Both the position numbers and the translations under genes were made by a program. Below, piece by piece: positions 1 through 10,427 of a DNA stretch of 64,000 nt. Position 1 is the stretch's first letter. Every line of letters starts with the position of its first letter. The notes below the pieces were generated by a model. The model was not told the origin of the DNA. It did not search any database and saw only the letters and a list, made by a program, of their open reading frames with translations. The stretch spans positions 60,985 through 124,984 of the forward strand of contig CAWJJO010000022.1 in NCBI GenBank assembly GCA_963843285.1. Reading direction: 5' to 3'. This DNA is from an uncultured bacterium. Its GTDB lineage: Bacteria > Acidobacteriota > HRBIN11 > JAKEFK01.

Positions 1-879
1 GTGGCTCTCTGTGGAAGAAAAGTATCCGGTGAATTCGCGTGTGAAAGGGAGAGTCATCAATCTCGCCGACTACGGCGCATTTGTTGAGCTGGAAAGAGGT
101 GTGGAGGGATTAATCCACGTTTCCGAAATGTCCTGGAGCGAGAAAGTCAAACATCCTTCGAAAATCGTTACGGTGGGCGACTGGGTCGAAGCGGTTGTAT
201 TGAGTATCGACGCAACAAACAAGCGCATTTCGCTCGGATTGAAACAGACCGAACCAAATCCATGGGACGTTTTGAAGGATCACTATCCTGTTGGAAGCGT
301 GATTACCGGAAAAGTGAAGAACATCACGGATTTTGGCGTTTTTATCGAAGTGGAAGAAGGCATTCATGGACTGATTCACATCAGCGACTTGAGCTGGAGC
401 AAGCGCGCCAAGAATCCGGGTGAGTTTGTGAAACGCGGAGATCGGATTGAAGTACGCGTTTTGGAAGTCGATCCGGTCAAACAACGACTTTCGCTGGGCT
501 TGAAGCAAATGCAGCCGGATATCTGGTCTGAATTCTTCCGCAAAAATCACGTGGGAGATAATGTGGAAGGACGGATCGTCAACTTGACCAACTACGGCGC
601 GTTTGTCGAATTGGAAGACGGGATTGAGGGTTTGATTCACATCTCCGAAATGGCGATCGAACGTGTGGAGAATCCGCAGGATCACTTTGATGTCAACGAT
701 ACGGTTCGAGCGAAGATCATTAAAATGGATCAAGCGGAACGAAAGATCGGACTCAGCGTAAAAGAGTTCTGCTGGAAGAAGAAAGGCTCATGATTGAGAG
801 CTATAAATCGGACGACAAAGTTACGCTACTCGATCTTGCGGGTGGCGAGCTGATCAAACCGCTGGACAAGGAAAAATAA
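1..879 (+). CDS. rpsA: 30S ribosomal protein S1, 5'-truncated by the window; probable -1 frameshift near 769 (ORF-track frame stops at 793)
   Basis: Three S1 repeats (YGAFVELE.GVEGLIHVSEM, FGVFIEVEEGIHGLIHISDL). An S1-like tail (EEERLMIESYKSDDKVTLLDL) continues in the -1 frame to TAA 877-879. Confidence 0.95.
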
Positions 880-925
880 TCAACATCTGTTCTACGAAGA
901 GGGCACCGTGGAAGGATTGAAGTTG

Positions 926-1210
926 ATGACGAAAGCGGATCTGATAACGGAAGTGTCCAGAAACGCTGAACTCTCCAAAAAAGACGCAGAGAATATTGTG
1001 AATGTGTTTCTGGATAAGATTGTAGATGCGCTAAAAGACGGTGAAAAGATTGAGTTGCGCGGGTTTGGTTCTTTTAAGCTCCGGCGGCGTAATAGTCGGG
1101 TGGGCCGAAACCCACGCACCAGTGAAGCCGTTCAGGTGCCTGCCAAAAAGGTCCCTTATTTTAAACCCGGAAAAGACTTGAAGAAGCTCATCAACAAGGC
1201 CAGCGTCTGA
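926..1210 (+). CDS. ihfB: Integration host factor beta / HU-family DNA-binding protein
   Basis: MTKADLI...IELRGFGSF...GRNPRT...VPYFKPGK; classic position downstream of rpsA. Confidence 0.85.
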   Translation: MTKADLITEVSRNAELSKKDAENIVNVFLDKIVDALKDGEKIELRGFGSFKLRRRNSRVGRNPRTSEAVQVPAKKVPYFKPGKDLKKLINKASV

Positions 1211-1216
1211 AGGATA

Positions 1217-1248
1217 AGTCCAAAGTCTAAAGTCCAAGGTCCAAGGTC
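1217..1248 (+). repeat. Tandem 7-nt repeat AGTCCAA/AGTCTAA/GGTCCAA
   Basis: agtccaa agtctaa agtccaa ggtccaa ggtc lies between ihfB and the HIT gene. Confidence 0.8.
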
Positions 1249-1258
1249 GGGTCAAGCC

Positions 1259-1738
1259 TTGAAGCAAATCTGGTCCCCCTGGAGATTCAATTACGTGAGT
1301 AATGCTGCAAAGCAAACGGGTTGTATTTTTTGTGCGGCTCTGGAATCTCCAGATGATCCGGATTCGCTGGTTGTGTTCCGGGAAAAAAGCAACTTTTTGA
1401 TCCTCAACCGTTATCCCTACAATAATGGCCATCTGATGATCGCACCAAACAGGCACATTGCGAATCCGGCGAATTCGGAACCTCCGGTTTTAGAAGAGAT
1501 GATGATATTGTGCCAGCGCGTGATTCGCGCGATGCAGGAGATTTATCATCCGGATGGATTCAATATCGGGATGAACCTGGGAAGAGCCGCCGGCGCCGGG
1601 ATTGAAGAGCACTATCATCTGCATATTGTCCCGCGTTGGAACGGAGACACCAGCTTTATGTCAGCGCTTGCCGATACGCGCGTCATTCCTGAAGATTTCG
1701 CAACAACACTCGCCAAACTCAAACCCTATTTTGAGTGA
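1259..1738 (+). CDS. HIT-family hydrolase (Ap4A phosphorylase-like)
   Basis: CIFC, NRYPYNNGHLM and HYHLHIVPRW motifs; TTG start. Confidence 0.9.
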   Translation: MKQIWSPWRFNYVSNAAKQTGCIFCAALESPDDPDSLVVFREKSNFLILNRYPYNNGHLMIAPNRHIANPANSEPPVLEEMMILCQRVIRAMQEIYHPDGFNIGMNLGRAAGAGIEEHYHLHIVPRWNGDTSFMSALADTRVIPEDFATTLAKLKPYFE

Positions 1739-1860
1739 TATCAAAAATCAAATATCAAAAATCAAATAAACATAACGAAATAAGCAAAAAAACCGTCGTA
1801 GACTTATTATTTACTTATGGCTTTATATTCATTTGATCTTTGATTTTTGATATTTGATAT
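1738..1860. mobile_element. AT-rich MITE-like element with inverted arms built of 7-nt units (ATCAAAA/ATCAAAT)
   Basis: Left arm is identical over 38 nt to the arm at 40547; right arm reads TTTGATCTTTGATTTTTGATATTTGATAT. Mobility is inferred. Confidence 0.7.
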
Positions 1861-3007
1861 GAATTTCGATCCGTCTGAAGAAGAGCAGATGCTCCGGCAA
1901 ATGGTGCGGGAGTTTGCTGAAAATGAAGTGCGTCCGATTGCCGCCGCGATTGATCGTGACGGTATTTTCCCCGCTGAGAATATCAGCAAGGCTGCGGGGA
2001 TCGGGCTGACCGGTATCAGCATTCCGGAGCAATATGGAGGCGCCGGATTGAGCAATCTGGCAACCGCGATTGCGATCGAAGAAGTCTCGCGATGTTGTGC
2101 CTCAACCGGCGTGATTCTTTCGGTAAACAATAGTTTGGTTTGCGATCCGCTACTTATATTCGGCAATGAAGATCAAAAACAGCGGATATTAAAACCGCTC
2201 GCATCCGGAGAGAAGCTCGGATGCTTCGCGCTGACGGAACCGCAAGCGGGGAGCGATGCATCAAGTCTGCGAACCACAGCGGTTCGCGACGGGGATGACT
2301 ACATTGTCAATGGTCAGAAGGTGTGGATTACAAATGCTCCGAACGCCAATTGGGCGATTGTTTTTTGCATGACCCAACCTGAAAAGAAACATCACGGGAT
2401 TACTGCCCTGATGATCGACAAAAAGTCTTCCGGTTTCTCCGTCGGAAAACATGAAGAGAAAATGGGAATCCGAGCCGCAGTTTCTGCGGGACTTCATTTC
2501 GAGAATTGCCGGGTGCCGGCAGCAAACAGACTGGGCAATGAAGGAGATGGATTCAAGATTGCGATGGCAACGCTGGACGGAGGACGCATCGGGATTGCCG
2601 CACAGGCAGTCGGAATCGCGCAGGGTGCATTTGAGGCAGCGCTGCAATATTCAAAACAGCGGACCGCCTTTGGTGGTCCGATTTCCGGGTTTCAGGCGAT
2701 CCAATCCATGCTCTCCGATATGGCAACCGAGATTGATGCCGCGCGCCTTCTGACATACAAGGCGGCCGTGGCAAAGGACTCCGGCAGACGCTTCAGTAAG
2801 GAGGCGTCGATGGCAAAGGTATTCGCAGCCGAAACGGCGATGAAGCATGCAATCAAGGCCGTTCAGATTCACGGCGGATATGGCTACAGCAAGGAATTCC
2901 CCGTGGAGCGGGCCATGCGGGACGCGAAAATCACCGAACTGTATGAGGGCACATCCGAAATCCAACGTTTGGTGATCGCCCACGCTGTCCTCGCCGAGCA
3001 AGGATAG
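1859..3007 (+). CDS. Acyl-CoA dehydrogenase (butyryl/short-branched-chain type)
   Basis: [28 protein letters not shown] and YEGTSEIQR motifs. Confidence 0.95.
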   Translation: MNFDPSEEEQMLRQMVREFAENEVRPIAAAIDRDGIFPAENISKAAGIGLTGISIPEQYGGAGLSNLATAIAIEEVSRCCASTGVILSVNNSLVCDPLLIFGNEDQKQRILKPLASGEKLGCFALTEPQAGSDASSLRTTAVRDGDDYIVNGQKVWITNAPNANWAIVFCMTQPEKKHHGITALMIDKKSSGFSVGKHEEKMGIRAAVSAGLHFENCRVPAANRLGNEGDGFKIAMATLDGGRIGIAAQAVGIAQGAFEAALQYSKQRTAFGGPISGFQAIQSMLSDMATEIDAARLLTYKAAVAKDSGRRFSKEASMAKVFAAETAMKHAIKAVQIHGGYGYSKEFPVERAMRDAKITELYEGTSEIQRLVIAHAVLAEQG

Positions 3008-3013
3008 GAATTT

Positions 3014-3091
3014 ACCACAAAGGCACAAAGAGCACGAAGGTTCGGAGAGGAATATTTCTTAAACTCTTCGTGTTCTTTGTGCCTTTGTGGT
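3014..3091. repeat. Palindromic element built from 8-9-nt units (ACCACAAAG-GCACAAAG-AGCACGAAG ... CTTCGTGTT-CTTTGTGC-CTTTGTGGT)
   Basis: Near-perfect 26-nt inverted arms, read directly. Confidence 0.85.
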
Positions 3092-3145
3092 GAATCCTCC
3101 TCCTTGCCGAAGTGGCTTCATCTAGTTTATAGTAAATTTCCCGTC

Positions 3146-4285
3146 ATGAACTTTGATTATTCCGAAGAACAGCTGATGATTCGCGACATGGTGCGCGACT
3201 TCGCAGAATCGGAAATCCGTTCGCGGATTCAGTCGATTGACTACGATGGCGTTTTCCCCCGTGATTTAGTTGCCAAAATGGGGGAGCTTGGCCTGATGGG
3301 ACTTGTGATTCCGGAGGAATACGGAGGCGCAGGCGCTGATCAAATCTCCAATGCTCTGGCGATCGAAGAAATTAGCCGTGTGTCTGCAAGTGTTGCCATC
3401 ACGATGAGTGTCAACAATTCGGTTTGCTGCTTTCCCATTTTCATGTATGGAAATGAAGCACAGAAGAAGAAGTATCTGACTCCTTGCGCGAAAGGCGAGA
3501 TCCTGGGCGGATTCGCGTTGACCGAACCGAACGCGGGATCGGATGCGACCGCTCAGCGTTCGCTCGCAGTAAGAAAGCAGGACAAATACGTGTTGAATGG
3601 CACGAAGAACTGGGTCACGAACGGAGAGGAATCGGGGATTCTGATTGTCCAGGCTATGACAGACCCCGGAGCCGGAGCGCGGGGAATCAGTTCGTTCATC
3701 GTGGAAACAAAATCTCCCGGGGTCAGAATGGGACGCAACGAACCGAAAATGGGGCTCAAGGGATCGGTCACAAACCAGATCATTTTCGAGGATGTGGAAG
3801 TGCCTGTTGAAAACCGGCTCGGGGCAGAAGGGACCGGTTTTCGGATTGCAATGGCTTCGCTGGACGGCGGGCGGATCGGCGTTGCCGCCCAGGCTTGCGG
3901 GATTGCGCAGGGGGCCTACGAAGCAGCTCTAAAGTATTCGAAGGAGCGAGTTGCGTTTGGAAAACCGATTGCCGGATTTCAAGCCATCCAGGCCATGCTC
4001 TCCGATATGGCCACGTCGATTGAGGCAGCCAGGCTTCTGATGCTGTCGGCCGCAGATCTTCGTCAGAAAGGAAAGCCTTTTACCAAAGAAGCTTCCATGG
4101 CAAAAGTATACGCCTCCGAAATGTCCAATCGCGTTACCTATCAGGCGATCCAAATCCATGGCGGATACGGCTATTCGCAAGAATACCCCGTAGAGCGATA
4201 TTATAGAGATGCACGGGTTACCACACTGTATGAAGGTACTTCCGAGATCCAGCGTATGGTGATTGCCCGGCACGTTTTGAAGTGA
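3146..4285 (+). CDS. Acyl-CoA dehydrogenase (paralog of the upstream gene)
   Basis: [20 protein letters not shown] and YEGTSEIQR; N-terminus MNFDYSEEQ parallels the upstream copy. Confidence 0.95.
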   Translation: MNFDYSEEQLMIRDMVRDFAESEIRSRIQSIDYDGVFPRDLVAKMGELGLMGLVIPEEYGGAGADQISNALAIEEISRVSASVAITMSVNNSVCCFPIFMYGNEAQKKKYLTPCAKGEILGGFALTEPNAGSDATAQRSLAVRKQDKYVLNGTKNWVTNGEESGILIVQAMTDPGAGARGISSFIVETKSPGVRMGRNEPKMGLKGSVTNQIIFEDVEVPVENRLGAEGTGFRIAMASLDGGRIGVAAQACGIAQGAYEAALKYSKERVAFGKPIAGFQAIQAMLSDMATSIEAARLLMLSAADLRQKGKPFTKEASMAKVYASEMSNRVTYQAIQIHGGYGYSQEYPVERYYRDARVTTLYEGTSEIQRMVIARHVLK

Positions 4286-4292
4286 GGAAATC

Positions 4293-5996
4293 ATGAAAGA
4301 CAAGAAGCATTCCGGTGCGGCGGTTCTCAGCCATTCCGCTGATGTTTCGGAACAACGACAGCGATGGGAAAATGAAACGCTGGCGCCTTCGCTGGAAAAG
4401 TTGCCGGAACAGAATATCCCGTTTACAACGGTATCCGGCGAGAAAATCAAGGGTCTCTACACTCCGGAGGACGTTCAGAATATCGATTTCGAAAGCGAAA
4501 TCGGCTGGCCCGGCGAGTATCCATATACACGCGGAATCCATCCCACAATGTACCGATCGAAAATCTGGACGATGCGCCAGTTCACGGGATTCGGCAATGC
4601 GGCACAAACCAATGAACGCCTGAAATATCTCCTTTCCAGGGGAACGACCGGATTGAGCATCGCGTTTCATCTTCCTACTCTCATGGGGCGCGACTCCGAT
4701 CATCCGCTGTCCCGCGGTGAGGTCGGAAGATGCGGAGTCACAATCGACTCGCTTCAGGATATGGAAATTTTGTTTGATCAGATTCCGTTGGACAAAGTTA
4801 CGACCAGTATGACGACCAATGCACCGGCTGCAGTTCTTCTGTCCATGTACAACGCTGCCGCTCAGAAACAGGGGTGTGATTCCAGAAATCTTTCCGGCAC
4901 AATTCAAAACGACATTCTCAAAGAATATCTTGCTCAGAAAACTTACATTTATCCTCCGCGCCCTTCCATGCGATTGATCATGGATACATTCGCGTATTGC
5001 GCAAAGCAAATGCCGCGCTGGAACACCATCAGCATCAGCGGGTATCACATCCGGGAAGCGGGCTCAACTGCCGTTCAGGAACTGGCATTTACGCTCTATG
5101 ACGGGATCGAATATGTCCGATGGGCGCTGGAAGCCGGAATGGATGTGGATGAGTTTGCGCCGAGGCTTTCCTTCTTCTTCAACGCTCACAATGATTTGTT
5201 TGAGGAAGTGGCGAAATATCGCGCGGCCCGCAGAATCTGGGCGCGGGTGATGAAAGAACGATTTCATGCGAAGAATCCGCGGTCCTGGCTTTGCCGTTTC
5301 CATACACAAACGGCCGGATGCAGTCTCACGGCTCAGCAGCCTTACAATAATGTAGTTCGCGTTGCGATTCAGGCGCTGGCTGCAGTACTGGGCGGCACAC
5401 AGTCGCTCCATACCAATTCCCTCGACGAAACGCTGGCCTTGCCCACGGAAGAATCTGTGACGATCGCTCTTCGAACGCAGCAAATCATCTCCCACGAAAG
5501 CGGCGTTACGAATACTGTAGATCCTTTGGCAGGTTCTTACTTTGTGGAACGGTTGACGAAAGATATGGAAGAAGCAGCATACGCCTACTTTGACAAGCTG
5601 GATGCAATGGGCGGAATGGTGGATGCGATTGAACGAGGCTATCCACAAAAGGAAATTTCCGATGCCTCGTACGAATACGCCCGCGCGTGCGAAAAGGGAG
5701 AGAAGATCATTGTGGGTGTGAACGAATTCTCGATGGAAGAACCGAAGCCGCCCGAGACTCTGTACATTGATGAGAATATTGAGCGTGAACAAGTGGAGCG
5801 GCTTCAAGCGCTTCGTCGCTCCCGGAACAGTGGCGCAGTACAACAGACGCTGGATGTTGTACGGGAAACGGCACGCGGCACCGGCAATCTTGTATATCCC
5901 ATTCTGGATGCAGTGAAGGCGTATGCTACGCTCGGCGAAATTTGCGACGCCATGCGTGATGTCTTTGGCGAATACCGCGAGCCGGAGATTGTATAG
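4293..5996 (+). CDS. B12-dependent acyl-CoA mutase large subunit (methylmalonyl-CoA mutase family, isobutyryl-CoA-mutase-like)
   Basis: [46 protein letters not shown] and QSLHTN motifs. Confidence 0.93.
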   Translation: MKDKKHSGAAVLSHSADVSEQRQRWENETLAPSLEKLPEQNIPFTTVSGEKIKGLYTPEDVQNIDFESEIGWPGEYPYTRGIHPTMYRSKIWTMRQFTGFGNAAQTNERLKYLLSRGTTGLSIAFHLPTLMGRDSDHPLSRGEVGRCGVTIDSLQDMEILFDQIPLDKVTTSMTTNAPAAVLLSMYNAAAQKQGCDSRNLSGTIQNDILKEYLAQKTYIYPPRPSMRLIMDTFAYCAKQMPRWNTISISGYHIREAGSTAVQELAFTLYDGIEYVRWALEAGMDVDEFAPRLSFFFNAHNDLFEEVAKYRAARRIWARVMKERFHAKNPRSWLCRFHTQTAGCSLTAQQPYNNVVRVAIQALAAVLGGTQSLHTNSLDETLALPTEESVTIALRTQQIISHESGVTNTVDPLAGSYFVERLTKDMEEAAYAYFDKLDAMGGMVDAIERGYPQKEISDASYEYARACEKGEKIIVGVNEFSMEEPKPPETLYIDENIEREQVERLQALRRSRNSGAVQQTLDVVRETARGTGNLVYPILDAVKAYATLGEICDAMRDVFGEYREPEIV

Positions 5997-6037
5997 TTTG
6001 TTCTGGAGCAGCGGCCCTCCGTGGCCGCGAGTTTGAT

Positions 6038-6433
6038 ATGAGTGAAAAAAAGATTCGAGTGCTGGTGGCGAAACCCGGACTGGATGGCCATGACCGCGGC
6101 GCAAAGGTGATTGTGCGGGCTTTACGGGATTCAGGAATGGAAGCGATCTATACTGGTTTGCGGCAAACTCCCGAACAGATCGTCCAGGCAGCATTGCAGG
6201 AAGATGTAGATGCCATTGGTGTCAGTATCTTATCCGGCGCGCACAATTACGTGATGCCACGGATTATGGAACTGATTCGAGAAAATCAGATGGAAGATGT
6301 GCTTGTGTTCATGGGAGGGATTGTCCCGAATCAGGATCTGGCGCCGTTAAAAGAGATGGGAGTCAAAGGAATTTTTCTGCCTGGAAGCTCACTGGAAGAA
6401 ATTGTGCGGTTCGTCAAAGAGAATGTTCGTTAG
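6038..6433 (+). CDS. Cobalamin-binding small subunit of the mutase
   Basis: [10 protein letters not shown] (DxHxxG) and GVSILSGAH motifs. Confidence 0.95.
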   Translation: MSEKKIRVLVAKPGLDGHDRGAKVIVRALRDSGMEAIYTGLRQTPEQIVQAALQEDVDAIGVSILSGAHNYVMPRIMELIRENQMEDVLVFMGGIVPNQDLAPLKEMGVKGIFLPGSSLEEIVRFVKENVR

Positions 6434-6441
6434 TTCCTGTG

Positions 6442-7482
6442 ATGAACGATTCGCTGCATGTTGTAATTCTTGCCGGCGGCAAGGGGGAAAGATTTTGGCC
6501 GCTCAGCAAACCGGAAATCCCCAAGCCGTTTTTGCATTTCTTTTCTGACCGCTCCCTGCTCCAGCAGACTTTTGACCGGGCCCGGGAACTTGTCCCGGCA
6601 GAACGGATCCACCTGATTGTTGGAGAACAACATGAGTCGATCTCGCGGAAGCAATTACCCCAACTCGATGATTCCCGTTTGCTGCTGGAGCCTGCCGGCA
6701 GGGACACTGCCGCTGCGATCGGATACGCATCATTGCATCTTCCCAAAGATGCTTTGATGCTCGTATTGCCCGCAGACCATCTCATTCCGGATACCGCTTC
6801 ATTTATGCGCACGATGAATTCCGCCGCATCCTTCATCCTGGACCATGGCGGACCCTGTACCTTCGGGATCAAGCCCGAGCGGCCGGATACCAATTACGGT
6901 TACATTCAAGCAACCGGCCAGAGCCTTTCCAGTTCTTTGATTCCGGTGTATCCGGTCCAAACATTCATCGAAAAGCCCGATATTCAGCGCGCAGAAGAAT
7001 TCATTCGACAGCCTTACTACTACTGGAATAGCGGTATGTTTCTTTGGAAGGTCTCGCGCATTTGTGAGTTGATCGCCGCACACTTACCGGAGTTGTGGAG
7101 CGGGCTTCAGCAAGTATTTGCAGCGAGGGGAAAAGCTCAATTCCGAGAGCTGTACGAATCGCTTCCGCGGATTTCGATCGACTATGGCGTGATGCAAAAA
7201 GCGGACCGGGTGGTGGTGATTCCGGCCCCGTTTGCCTGGGATGATATCGGTACCTGGAACTCGCTGCTTCGCGTTCTTCCCGCCGATAGCCAGGGAAATC
7301 TGATTCGGGGCAAGCTTGCATCCATCGATACCTCCGATTGCATCGTTTATGCGGAAAGTCATACACTTGCTACTGCAGGAGTCCACGACCTTGTGATCGT
7401 CCAGAGCGGCGACCAGATTCTTGTCTGCAGTCGCGAATACGCTTCCCGTCTCAAGGAATTGCTGAGCAAGCTACCGTCATGA
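6442..7482 (+). CDS. manC: Mannose-1-phosphate guanylyltransferase
   Basis: ILAGGKGERFWPLS, PADHLI, FIEKPD, WNSGMF, SIDYGVM and WDDIGTW motifs. Confidence 0.92.
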   Translation: MNDSLHVVILAGGKGERFWPLSKPEIPKPFLHFFSDRSLLQQTFDRARELVPAERIHLIVGEQHESISRKQLPQLDDSRLLLEPAGRDTAAAIGYASLHLPKDALMLVLPADHLIPDTASFMRTMNSAASFILDHGGPCTFGIKPERPDTNYGYIQATGQSLSSSLIPVYPVQTFIEKPDIQRAEEFIRQPYYYWNSGMFLWKVSRICELIAAHLPELWSGLQQVFAARGKAQFRELYESLPRISIDYGVMQKADRVVVIPAPFAWDDIGTWNSLLRVLPADSQGNLIRGKLASIDTSDCIVYAESHTLATAGVHDLVIVQSGDQILVCSREYASRLKELLSKLPS

Positions 7483-8849
7483 AAGAGCAGCGCATTGAAA
7501 AACGCCAGGCAGACCGTTACCGGACTCTACTGGAAATCGGCCAATCGCTGATTACCATCACCGATCTCGATCAACTCTTGAAGAAGATCATCGATGTTAT
7601 TGCAAAGGAGATCCAGGCGGAACGAGCATTGATCATTCTCAAGCATCCAATCACAGGTGAAATGCGGATTGCGAACTCTACCGCCAATGTGGACACTTCT
7701 ACGTTGGAAGACGCCATGTTGTTTAGCCGCACCATTGTGACGGATGTAGTCAACAAGGGGAAGTCGATTTTTAGCCGGGATGTGGTGAAGGATGGGGCGT
7801 TATCCAAGTCGGACAGCGTTATGAATCTCAAGATCCGCAGTTTGATGTGTGTCCCGCTAATCGCGAAGCAAAACGGCGATATCATCGGTACCGTATATGT
7901 GGATAACCGCTCGGTGGGAAACATTTTTTCCAAAGAAGATCTCACTTTGCTGGAATCCTTCGCGAATCTTGCCGGAATGGCGATTGAGAACGCTCATCTT
8001 TACGAGCTGGCTATCATTGATGAGCTGACCAAGTGTTATGTCCGCCGTTTTTTTGAGCAGCGAATTCGTGAGGAATTTTCTCGAGCCGAAAGACAGGGAA
8101 GTACATTGTCCGTTTTGATGATCGATATTGATCAGTTCAAACTGGTGAATGACCGGTACGGTCATGCAACGGGAGATACGGTTTTGAAGGAGATTGTGGC
8201 TGCCATCAAGCGGAACCTTCGTACCTACGATTTGGTGGCGCGCCTGGGTGGAGATGAGTTTGCGATTATCCTGCCGGAAGTGGGGTTTCAAGATGCTTTC
8301 CGCGTTGCGGAAAAGATACGTAACACGGCAGCCGAAATCGTTTTTCCTGGCATTCCTTATCCTGTTACGGTAAGTGTCGGGATTGCGTGCTTTCCCTTGC
8401 ACCATGTAAGCAATGTCGAGAGTTTGATGAAGAAGGCAGATGTCGCTTTGTACAAGGCGAAACAGTCGGGACGAAACAATTGCTTTCTTTACGGTCAACA
8501 AGAAATGATTGAACTACTGGGCCGGCCTGCCGAGGGTTCCGTTACTATTTCGTCGCTTCTCGAACGTCTGGAACGCCAGAATGGCAGCGACGCATCGGAA
8601 GACATTGATTTTGTCATTGGCAAATCGATTGAAATTCTGAAAGACCTTTACGAACAAATCAATCACCTGAAAATCATGGCCGTTCAAATGAATAATCAGA
8701 TCCACCAGCTGGATCCGAGATCCTTCAAGATTCGGGAAGTCACGGAAATGCTCCGGAAGCTATTGGAAAGGAAGGATGAAACCGACCACGCGTTTCAGGA
8801 TTATGCCCAGATGTTGCGGGACCTTCCGCTGGCGAAGACAGAATCGTGA
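7479..8849 (+). CDS. GAF-GGDEF diguanylate cyclase with C-terminal helical extension
   Basis: GAF domain (SLMCVPL..GTVYVD); DIDQFKLVNDRYGH; RTYD I-site; intact GGDEF; ATGA overlap with manC. Confidence 0.92.
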   Translation: MKEQRIEKRQADRYRTLLEIGQSLITITDLDQLLKKIIDVIAKEIQAERALIILKHPITGEMRIANSTANVDTSTLEDAMLFSRTIVTDVVNKGKSIFSRDVVKDGALSKSDSVMNLKIRSLMCVPLIAKQNGDIIGTVYVDNRSVGNIFSKEDLTLLESFANLAGMAIENAHLYELAIIDELTKCYVRRFFEQRIREEFSRAERQGSTLSVLMIDIDQFKLVNDRYGHATGDTVLKEIVAAIKRNLRTYDLVARLGGDEFAIILPEVGFQDAFRVAEKIRNTAAEIVFPGIPYPVTVSVGIACFPLHHVSNVESLMKKADVALYKAKQSGRNNCFLYGQQEMIELLGRPAEGSVTISSLLERLERQNGSDASEDIDFVIGKSIEILKDLYEQINHLKIMAVQMNNQIHQLDPRSFKIREVTEMLRKLLERKDETDHAFQDYAQMLRDLPLAKTES

Positions 8850-8855
8850 TCCATG

Positions 8856-8930
8856 GTAGGGGCGACCCTTGTGGTCGCCCGCCCGGAAGGATGGCGATTT
8901 CGTGAGGGCGACCACAAGGGTCGCCCCTAC
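8856..8930. repeat. GTAG-type REP doublet (REPIN-like)
   Basis: GTAGGGGCGACCCTTGTGGTCGCCC ... GGGCGACCACAAGGGTCGCCCCTAC is a perfect 25-bp inverted repeat. Confidence 0.9.
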
Positions 8931-8973
8931 TGATGGTCGCCTGTTACAAACATAGTACGATCCCCCGATATCC

Positions 8974-9002
8974 TTGACAATCCACAGGATCCACAATAAG
9001 AT
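8974..9002 (+). promoter_or_regulatory. Sigma-70-type promoter
   Basis: TTGACA-17 nt-TAAGAT, 9 nt before ATG 9012; the spacer holds an ATCCACA direct repeat. Confidence 0.6.
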
Positions 9003-9011
9003 TTCACTAGA

Positions 9012-10427
9012 ATGAGACACATTTATGTGGTCCTTTGTGTCTTTGTTTTTGCCTCCATTGTTGCAGCGGATGAGATCCCGGGCTGCTGGTTCGGACGCGA
9101 AGCGGAAACGAAAACGGCAAAATTCACGATTCCACACGGAATGGAGTCCACGATGGTGGATTCTTACTTTCGCATTTTTTACTGGCCCGCTGATCCGGCG
9201 TTTCAACGTTTGGACCGCGATGGTTTTCCGGCAGTTCTTGCAAAACGGCGCGCAATCCTGGAGCGTTCGCGTCACTTCATCCAGACCGAGCTTGGGTGGA
9301 GGCTTCCGGCTACACGGCTTGAGATCAACCGGCCGGTGCTCTTTGTTTATTTCGTTCCCGCCGGCAAGGATTTTGCGGGCACGACCCTGGGCGACAAATA
9401 CCCATACGTGATCCTGAATACGAATGTATTAGAGTCGACGGAGTTTCCTTCGCACTGGATCCATCAGCTGGCCCATGCCTCTGAGCTGCAATACAGGTCT
9501 TCCGGTGACTACTGGTTCTTCGAAGCTACTGCGGGCTGGATGGAAACGCAATTTGGAAAAGCTTCCTCCGCTACGCAAAAGGCAATCGAGTTGAGGCTTT
9601 CCCGACCCGATATTTCTATTACCGACTCCGCTCCGGCGTATGCTCTAGGCGCTTCGCGGTTTCTCGATTTGCTGGGCCATCCGTATAAGGATGTAATCCG
9701 CCAGGTTTGGGATCGGTGGTCTTACTCCGGTGAAGAAAGGTTGACTGATGTTCTGGAAAATGTTCTTTTCGTGAATCACCTGTCGAATCTGGAATCCTAT
9801 TTGCAGAGTCTTGTTTTGCTCTCAACTCCCACTCCAGATCCCGTTCAAGACCGTTCGGAAGTGTCGATCAAGCCGTTTGCCGGAGCCGTCTTTGAAGGCA
9901 GGGCCTTCCAGGGCTCAGGCGGCGCGCGCTTGAGTTTTCTTTCGGAGTCTGGTGTTTATTCAGCAGCCGTTCTGTTTTACACGACCACTGAAAAGGGCGG
10001 CACGCTGGCAATGAAGAAAGGACTTACAGAACCTTGGTCCATTCAGATTCCGTTTGCTGGAATGGAACGCTACAGGGTATTCCTTGTAAACGCCTCGGCG
10101 AAAGATCTTCGCGGCGTGCTTCAGGAATCGTATGACCCTTCCATTCCTGCTGTTCTTGAATACTTTCGTGTCAATCCGGGAGAGGGTGGCATGCAGATCG
10201 AGTGGAGGACATCGCGGGAAAACGGCGTAGCGTTCTGGAATCTGTATCGGATTCACGGTGGGAAAAAAGAGCGATTGAATCTATTTCCAATTCCTGCTTC
10301 CATCCAATCCGATGAGGGACTTCATTATTTGTATTTTGATGCGCCCGGGGCCACATTCTATTCGCTCGAGGCGCTGACCGGTGAAGGTCTGCCCGGCGTG
10401 CTTGCGGGCGTAGACAGCCCTAGATGA
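9012..10427 (+). CDS. Secreted zinc-metallopeptidase-like protein with degenerate HExxH and a C-terminal Ig-like domain
   Basis: Signal peptide; HQLAH...WFFEATAGWME; C-terminal IEWRTSRENGVAFWNLYR. Confidence 0.6.
   Translation: MRHIYVVLCVFVFASIVAADEIPGCWFGREAETKTAKFTIPHGMESTMVDSYFRIFYWPADPAFQRLDRDGFPAVLAKRRAILERSRHFIQTELGWRLPATRLEINRPVLFVYFVPAGKDFAGTTLGDKYPYVILNTNVLESTEFPSHWIHQLAHASELQYRSSGDYWFFEATAGWMETQFGKASSATQKAIELRLSRPDISITDSAPAYALGASRFLDLLGHPYKDVIRQVWDRWSYSGEERLTDVLENVLFVNHLSNLESYLQSLVLLSTPTPDPVQDRSEVSIKPFAGAVFEGRAFQGSGGARLSFLSESGVYSAAVLFYTTTEKGGTLAMKKGLTEPWSIQIPFAGMERYRVFLVNASAKDLRGVLQESYDPSIPAVLEYFRVNPGEGGMQIEWRTSRENGVAFWNLYRIHGGKKERLNLFPIPASIQSDEGLHYLYFDAPGATFYSLEALTGEGLPGVLAGVDSPR

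Noticed and set aside
1738-1860. CRISPR array or tRNA/ncRNA interpretation of the intergenic repeats
   Set aside because: No regularly spaced direct repeats with unique spacers, no cas genes and no cloverleaf motifs.
3008-4292. Cobalamin riboswitch upstream of the B12 mutase genes
   Set aside because: No B12-box or other conserved riboswitch elements are visible; the gaps are short or filled by repeats.
4218-6194. Long antisense ORFs (276 and 376 aa here, also 29387-30280 and others)
   Set aside because: They are shadows of well-conserved genes on the opposite strand with no recognisable motifs.
8978-8996. DnaA-box-like ATCCACA pair
   Set aside because: Only 7/9 matches, no box cluster or unwinding element, and no dnaA context.
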